In this document: positions 55,474-64,000 of the stretch, piece by piece | Numbering within the stretch: position 1 is the first letter of the stretch | Layout of the letters: each line of letters begins with the position of its first letter | Assembly: GCA_951406725.2 (NCBI GenBank) | Contig: OX597814.1 | Span: forward strand, 184,388,001 to 184,452,000 | Length of the DNA stretch: 64,000 nt | Source: Octopus vulgaris | Taxonomy: Eukaryota | Reading direction: 5' to 3' | The notes under the pieces: generated by a model | What the model was told of the DNA's origin: nothing | The model's input: only the letters and a program-made list of their open reading frames with translations | The model's database searches: none | Translations under genes and position numbers: made by a program

Positions 55474-56198
55474 TATGTATAAACGTCCATGTTTAGATAC
55501 AAACAACGTCGCTATTTCTCAACGAATTTTTACCAAATTTTTCAGGGAGATTAGGTGCAGCCTGAAAGACTGACTGTATAAAATCATCTGTGTCCCATTG
55601 TATGAATCTTAAAAGAATTATAGAACAATTGGAAGTAGTTGCGTAGGAGTATTAGTGTAGGATACAAAAACGTCGGTTTGTCATGACAAGATCTGTTTTC
55701 ATTTTTTATTCAGCCTTTTCTTCGTGTCAGTCTTTCTGTCTCACCCACACTTACACACGCACACACAAACACGGTGGAACAACAACACAATCATACGCAT
55801 GTGTATATATTTATAGAGTGCATATATATCTATGTTGCCATGTTCGTTTATCGGTAAGATTAACAAAAGTATGTACTCAATCCAGCAAGAGATATGTATC
55901 ATTTAATGACTATAGGAAGAAGTCCTTTGGTGAAGTCCTGTGGTGAAGATTCACGCTCAGCTAGTGCAGTTATCAAACCGACAATTGTTCAGGCTCAAAT
56001 GACATGGGCACTCTGGGGAAATGCGAGAAAATTCGAGAGGAAAATCCCGCTTCACTTCATGGTGTGTTTTATATTGTTGTCCCAGATATGGCTAACTAGT
56101 TGTATGACTGGAATTTCTTCATCTAATGAGTTAAAGGAACACAAATCCTTCCTTCATTTTACTTAACGGCTTACTCTCGTCTTTTTTTTAAATATATA

Positions 56199-56648
56199 CT
56201 AGCAGCATAGCCCGGCATTGCCCGGGTATGTAAGAGCCCCTAGTAGGCAACGACTAATCCCAATCTAGTCCTTTCCCTCTAGGGAACGAAGGCGCATGTG
56301 TAGGTTGCAATGTCTTCTCTTCACTCGAATATTTCTGTGTATACGATATTCTTAGCTGTCCCTTTGGGCGAAAACATGAAAACATCATTGTGCCTCCCAA
56401 CGCGTGAACAGCCCAGAAAATGTGTCGCATATAAAAAGCTTAGATTCTCGACCCCATGTCGAATTTATCGATTTTTTCAGAACTGGGGGAACTTTTCAAA
56501 ATTTTCTCTGCGTTAGTTTTGAATTATGACATTGGACTATGTGTGTGTCAAGTTTCATCAGAATCGGTTGAAAGCCGTGGTCAGGGTGAGGGTACAACCT
56601 GACAGACACACAGACACACAGACAGACAAACTGCTGTTTATATATAGA
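56199..56648 (-). mobile_element. Non-autonomous Helitron, sister of 4847-5285
   Basis: Same CTAG end and hairpin. High identity to the other copy except one internal block. Confidence 0.82.
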
Positions 56649-57042
56649 GGGATAATCTATTCCCGTTGTTTTTTTCTCGCGTTTCTTCAGGCTCATTTTA
56701 GCCTGATTGACTGCCGGATCGTGCAGATACCCTATAATAAGAAGCCTGTCCGATTACTGCATTACTTGCGCAACGTCCTGTGAAACATTGTATGTAGACC
56801 GTAGATTAATGGTTCACAAATGTGTTTGGTTAGGGTATTGCTCTCATGATCGTAAGATTGTGATTTCGGACGACGTCTTGTGTTCTTGGGCAAATATTTC
56901 ATTTCCGGTGGTCCAGTATATTCAACCGGCAAAACTTAGTGTTCCTGCGACTGACCGACGTCCCATTCAGCTGGGGAATATATACCACACAGAATTCGGG
57001 AAAACGGCCTTATGACCCAATGGCACGAGAAAGATCTTTGGC

Positions 57043-57081
<39 letters not shown>

Positions 57082-57209
57082 ATAATAAATATTAGGGAAT
57101 AAATCCAAATTTACAGGGAAAAAATCAGATTTAGGATTAAATCCAATTTTATAGTAAAATATTATATAATATTAATTTGGTAAATGATGCCGAATTTTAC
57201 ACTTCTGTA

Positions 57210-57270
<61 letters not shown>

Positions 57271-57971
57271 TTTATAGGCTTAAATCTTCTAAGAATCACC
57301 GTGCATTGACAAAGATAAATAGTCTAATGGTAGAGCATACATACATACATATATACATATATATAATTTTGTATTATATATATCATAGCCGCAGGAGTGT
57401 CTGTGTGGTAACCACATGGTTCCGGGTTCAATCCCACTGCGTGGCATCTTGGGCATGTGTCTTCTGTTATAACCTCAGTCCGACCAAAGCCTTCTGAGTG
57501 GAAACTGAAAGAAGCCCGTCGTATATATATGTGTGTGTATGTTTGTAAGAGTTGTAAAGTCTTTATGTTCGTTCCAAATGAATTTTAATGGGTGGCCACT
57601 TGGAGAAGAGTGAAATGGAGGAATGTCAAGCTACTAACAGCTTGTGTTTATTTTTTTGACAGTTTTTTTTTCTTGAGTCAACATGCCAGGGGCTAAAAGT
57701 TTGACCGGTGAAGACAAATAACTTAAACCCAATTAAGACAATCAAAATATATACAGTAACATGTACTTAATACAAAACGCGCACATGAACACAAATAGAC
57801 GTATATGCATACATACGTACATACACACATACATATATGCACATCACTCTCTCCCTCATCTCTCTCTATATATATACATATATATGTGTGTGTGTATTCA
57901 TATGTAAATATATATATATATATATACATACATATATACATATATACATATACATACATATATACATATAC

Positions 57972-58022
<51 letters not shown>

Positions 58023-58271
58023 CATATATATATATATATATATGCATACATACATATATATATATACATATATATATCTTTTATCTTTTACTTGCTTCAG
58101 TCATTTGACTGCAGCCATGCTGGGGCACCGCCTTGAAGGGTTTTCATCGAATAAATCGTCCCCAATGACTTGTAAGCCTAGTACTTAGTCTGTGTGTGTG
58201 TGTGTCTTTCTCTCTCTCCCTCTTTGTCTGTCGGTCTGTCTCTCTCTCTCTCTTTATATATATATATACAT

Positions 58272-58672
58272 AGTATTAATTTATAAAATTTATAAAAATA
58301 TGGTAAAGTAAAAAAATTCACTTTACCACACACCGAACTTTTCAGAAATAGCAGCCAAAAATTTGGCTATTTCTTCAACTGTAAATAAAAGTCTCCAGAC
58401 AATGCATACTCAGAAAATAACTCACATAGGTATAAGTGAGTTATTTTCTGAGTATGCATTGTCTGGAGACTTTTATTTACAGTTGAAGAAATAGCCAAAT
58501 TTTTGGCTGCTATTTCTGAAAAGTTCGGTGTGTGGTAAAGTGAATTTTTTTACTTTACCATATTTTTATAAATTAATACTTCAAATATACCGTAAATGGT
58601 CTTTACATACCGAATACTGCTTGGTCGAATTTATTAACAATTAATTAATTCTACCCCTTTTTTTGATGACTA
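58272..58672. mobile_element. Fold-back element, 139-bp perfect arms plus unpaired tail
   Basis: 58287-58425 / 58436-58574 with a 10-nt loop. TA-flanked. Related to 20921-21404. Confidence 0.9.
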
Positions 58673-58764
58673 TATATATACATATGTATATACATACATG
58701 CATACATACATATACATACATACGTACATACATACATACATACATACATACATACATACATACA

Positions 58765-58797
<33 letters not shown>

Positions 58798-58886
58798 GTG
58801 TATATTTATGTATACATACTTATGTATATATGAACTTACCTACACCATAAACACATACATATATACATACTGAGAGCCAGAGAGAA

Positions 58887-58926
<40 letters not shown>

Positions 58927-60029
58927 AGAGATAGAGAGACGTGTAAATATAAGAAAGTAGTGAAGCTAGAAGAGCGATTATTTTTGTATCATCTGTACTA
59001 CTTTTTAATCTATTTTACAAAAATTGTTTACTGAACCACTTCGAGACTGCTACTTATATGCAAAATGAATAGAAAGAAACCACTGTAACATGTAACAAGG
59101 TACCAATATTAAACGTTAACACTTGTGAATCACTTCCGAATCACGAAGGACAATGTTGAATGCCTTAGAGACATTAGTTCTTTGGGGGAAGTTGTTTAGT
59201 TTTAAATGCTCTGTGAAGACGAAGCTAATCTATGATCTGTCATCTGGAAGAAAAATCTTCACTCTGTAGTAAAATAAATAATCAGAAATCTTTGCAGGGT
59301 ACGAGAAAACAAACAGGGATAGCTAGCACTAATTATCTCAACATTTGGTCTGCTAGCGAAGAAAGTGCGGAGACGCATAAATAAATATACTTACATCCAT
59401 GTCCACATATAATCGCGGGTCGAAGGTCTTACAATGTCAGTTCATGACTGTTTAACGTGCGTTGTTATGTATTTACTTAATTATAAAGAGGTGGTGCAAA
59501 TGGACAGATTGATAGAATGCCAAACTGGATGTTTTCTTATAAACAGTTCAGTACATGACTGTTCATTCATATTTCCAAGTCTGTTAGAATCGATTTTGAT
59601 TTCCTTTGTTCTGGGTCAATTCAAATATACACGCCATTCAATAAATTACATGACTGCATAAAAAATACAGAAATATATTGTGTAATGTCTGTTTTCCATC
59701 GTTCACTATGCATGTAGGTACAAAGAAAGTTAGTAGCATAACAGCGGATAAAATATGTCTTACAGTGTTTATTGAAGAGTCGTTATTTTTTGAATTTGAT
59801 TTCCCACCGACGTCGACTTTGACGTTCATCATTCAAGAGGCATTGAAGGGCGATATAAGCGATTTCTTCGGTCAATCATTGTGGCCTTGTGCCTATAATG
59901 CGCACGCGCGTATATATATATATATATATATACACATACCTATATATAATAATATAAATAATATATAAATATATACGCATATATACATACGAATACATAC
60001 ATACTTATATGTGTACGTATATACATATA

Positions 60030-60207
60030 TATATGTGGGCACAAGACGTCACGAAACGTAAACAACAAAATATTCGAAGTCCGAGGACATGGAATAAGAA
60101 CATTTTTTGGCGAACAACGAAAAAAAAGAAATGGAAAATAAGACAAACAACACAAAGAACGATCCTTCATCAGTTGTCTACTGTTTTTCTAATCAATATT
60201 TCGAGCA
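60030..60207 (-). mobile_element. TA-flanked repeat with reversed-order hammerhead-like boxes
   Basis: Minus strand gctc-GAAA-tattgatTA-16 nt-CTGATGAagg. Confidence 0.55.
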
Positions 60208-60233
60208 TACACACACACACACACACACACACG

Positions 60234-60335
<102 letters not shown>

Positions 60336-61499
60336 CAGGGAGAGAGAATGGGAGAGAACTCGGGTGTGTACAGAAATACAAAAAATAAACACTACACCTC
60401 AACATATTCATTTGCAAATACCTTAGCTCTATGATTACGACACTGTTACCACTCTGTGTGTGTGTGTGTGTGTATGTGTGTAGACAGATAGACAGACAGA
60501 TAGACAGACAGATATATATATATATAGAGAGAGAGAGAGGTGGCGGGAGATAGGTATTGGTATACAGATACATACACACACATGCACGCGTACACATGTA
60601 CACATAATGACTGTTGCTTTCACGACATGGTACATGTATAAGTAATGCCTTTCTATTTCTTTACCTCTCACGATAATGTTTCTTCCATACTAACTTGATA
60701 TAAATTGCTTATTCTGTGATATGAGCTCTATGCAGTATATAAGCACACACATACACACGCACAGGTTTACTAATAAATACCTACGTGTACACACAACGTA
60801 ATATACTCCTTTCTTGCTGACATCAAACATATCCAGCCTGATCTGAACAGAACGCATGCTGATGCAGTCCATATCGCCAACTTCACCTGATTTACTTCAG
60901 CTATAACACTCTACCATTACCAACTTAACTTCTTCCATTCAGTTCTTTCCCCTTTCAGCTTAAGTGTCACTAGTCTGTACAACTCTAGTTGTTGGTATAA
61001 CATACGAACCCATCCTACCAAGCAACGGGGCCCCAACCGATTCCAAGACCATTCACGCCAGGATATATTATTTAGTATTTTCACACATCGGATCTTTATG
61101 ATCGTAAGGTTACATATTCAATGCTGCTTTATTGAGATACCACCAGACGGGTTGCCAACCAAGCTAAAGAGGTTTCACACCCCCATGAGACAAAATTAAC
61201 ACTGCTGGATTTCCATCGGATACTTCACACTTTCGAGGTAGGTACCAAATAGATTTACCGAATATAAGAGTGTAAACATGGAGTAACCACAGTAAGCTCT
61301 CCAGATCGTACATAAATTAAGTGTTCTTTACAGCAGTAGAAAGAAATAGTGTGGTGCTTCCACAATTTATACTAAACATACTACAAACTTTTGTTCTGTA
61401 CAATCGGTTTAGATAGGACCCATAAACAAAAATGAGTTTAGTGTCAAATGATGATGACAGTCTTTAATGATTATTGGTAATGGAGAAACCTGAACAAGG

Positions 61500-61867
61500 T
61501 GATTCGATGAGAATCGAGAGCGGTTAGTGATACAGAAAAATAGGGAGGAGCCAGTTATCAACAAAAAGACTTGCTTAAAGAAGGTATCATGACCGATGTG
61601 CTAGCTGCAGAGAAATTCTCCCATGAAATTCGATAATTTTCTCAATGAAACACAAAAGTTGCATTAAAAGATACAAAGCTCGGGCACTGAAAGACAAAAG
61701 AACGAAATCTGCCTTATAGGAACTGGATGATGGTGATGCAAAATGAAAAACAAAACCACAATCCGGTCGTTGACATCCCAAAAGGAGTTCGTACTGCAAA
61801 AGGAGTTCGTCTGCTTGTATCTCTTCACTGATATTTTGCTCGACTGCTTGAGCAACTAATGAGTCGG

Positions 61868-61899
<32 letters not shown>

Positions 61900-62830
61900 T
61901 AGACGTCAATACCTTCTTGAACGGCTTTCGGTGGATAACAGCAAAGAAATTATTGGAAGCGAGGAGCAGCAGTACGAGAGAAAATTTGTTCACTTTGTAT
62001 GTGCCCTTCGAGATTTATTAACATACACTATGAGTCTTGGCAACTTCTTAGCAAAACAGTCCCACTAGAGAATGAATACATTGCCAATTTTATAAGCGAG
62101 TTAGTACTGCAAGGAAAAAAGCACTAACAAAGAGAGCGCTGTTGATAAAATCCAACCCATAAATCTGATTTTGAACAATGAATAAGGAAACAGCTTGGCA
62201 CTTATTATCGGTGATTTGGTAAGGAAGTGCTTGACACTTTCACCTTTCTTGCTTTAGCTGACTTTTGGAATATTCCTTCAGAAGTTAGAACTGTTGAAGA
62301 GAATCCTTTTCTAGTTGGAAAACAGAAGAACCATCTTTAAGTATACGGACATCGTCACCGTTAGTTATCGAACACCTATAAAGTGGACGTAGTTTGCAGT
62401 ATTCTAAAGGAATACAAGGCAGTGGCAAGAGCAAAGTGATGGTCGGCTCTTTGAGAGGGCTAGTCCTTGCCTTCTGACATCGTCATGGGCTGCTGGATAG
62501 ATAGACCGGTTAAACCCTTCGACTTATGTTTCGACCCGAGCCTGCAGGACTACAGGAATTAAGACAACGTTATAAATAGAATTGTTCGTAACAGAATTGC
62601 TTATAATTTTGTCCCAAAATGGATCAAAAGAAAGCTGTTTCTGAAAAGCTGTGCAAAGGTGAAGAATGCCTGCACGACCTCTGTCTTTACTTCACGCATG
62701 ATCAAAGTACCTGGTCCCCAGTTCGTCTAACTCCATCGGTATATCTTCTTCTTTGCTTCATCTTGAAGAGACGTGTTCCATTGGTCAGTCAAATCGCGAC
62801 TGTTAATGCGATTATACACGCATAATGGGC
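61500..62830 (+). mobile_element. Highly degenerate L1/Tx1-like ORF2
   Basis: VDIPKGVR...YFARLLEQL near 61769 resembles the RT GVRQG..LFALxLEPL motif. DNVINRIVRNRIAYN/LCKGEECLHDL near 62563-62690 resembles zf-RVT. Many stops. Confidence 0.5.
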
Positions 62831-63074
62831 TAAACACACTTCATGGAAGTCAATGTTAAAATGGGAAAATGTTGGAAAGAATATACTGAATGTATTTATA
62901 AACCTGTTAGCTGAGCTACAAATTCAGTAATGCCACTGTGCGAGTTACCTTCCTCTCATCAACTATCTTTGTTATTTAATAATTTGTTTCTCTATCTTCC
63001 TTGTAGTGAAGACGCAGTGGTCCAGTAGTTAGGACAGCGGACTCGCGGTTTTAGGATCGCGATTTCGATTCCCA

Positions 63075-63130
<56 letters not shown>

Positions 63131-63958
63131 CACATACACACGCACTCATACACACACGCAAAGAGGAAGAGAATGACATAGAGAGGCACACATATATTTG
63201 TGTGTCTCTGTGTGTATGTGTGGGTGCATTTACAAATGCGCTCGTTTTTGTGAAGTTACTTTTATGCAATAGCGTGTGTAATGTATAAGTGTATGCAATG
63301 AGATTGCTATTATGAAATATTTTCAAGTCATTTGCATATATATTCATTTATCTTCAACACACTTGTATCACAACTTTGAATGCTTCACATTAAATGTAAT
63401 CTTCAGAGGAGGCGAACACTAAAAATTGACGAAAAAAAAAACCAAAAAAACCTAAAGAACGAATCCTACAAGCATTTTATCTTTTGAATCTCATGTAATT
63501 CAGTTCATATAGCACATCCGTTTCGAAGATTTTATACGATTCTAATAAATAAACAGATAAATAAACCAAGCGGTGGTACATATTAACTTACATAAGTCTT
63601 CACTCTTCAAACAGTCGTATATGACTTTCAAAAGATGTAGAAGAAAACATTGAGAAAAATAACATGGCAGTAAAATGTAGCGGTGCCGCCAATACAGACT
63701 TTTGGCAAGAATAGACTAGAGAAAAGTAAATAAACTGAATGATAATTTCACGGGCACATCAGAGAATTGCTTGTATATTTGCCACCTGGAAAGTTATTTG
63801 GCAGGAACAAACGAAACTTATGAATCTACGATCGATGTGTTGGTAATAGTAGTCTCTGTTGCCCTTTCTATATATTTGTAAGTATTAATGTCTGACTGCG
63901 TGCGTATAAGGTGTTGCTCGTTAGACATCTTCCTCTTCTGTGTGTGTGTGTGTGCGTT

Positions 63959-63989
<31 letters not shown>

Positions 63990-64000
63990 GTGTGTGCGCT

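Noticed and set aside
62065-62120. IANFISELVL resembling a bacterial Abi-type RT motif
   Set aside because: No upstream PQG or downstream YxDD. The context fits a decayed LINE better.

Overview
Gene-poor, AT-rich, microsatellite-saturated animal DNA. The SINE repertoire and repeat landscape look like an octopod cephalopod (Octopus-like) intron or intergenic region; this is an inference from recalled repeat families, not a database hit. I cannot support any host protein-coding gene, because almost all listed ORFs are translated (TA)n/(CA)n/trinucleotide repeats. The window holds: (i) about 40 copies or fragments of at least four tRNA-headed SINE types; (ii) three non-autonomous Helitrons; (iii) degenerate LINE fragments (R4/Dong-like, HERO-like, Tx1/L1-like, RTE-like); (iv) Tc1 and mariner transposase fragments and a CpG-rich MITE. 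The most interesting layer is a set of small non-coding elements sitting in (TA)n runs. Several carry minimal type-I hammerhead ribozymes of the Penelope-like-element kind, and several form near-perfect fold-back hairpins (35-177 bp arms), including a nested pair and a palindromic two-ribozyme element. A second group carries a conserved hairpin-GAAA-(24-26 nt)-CYGANGA motif with the hammerhead boxes in reversed order, which is the best candidate here for an undescribed structured or catalytic RNA.
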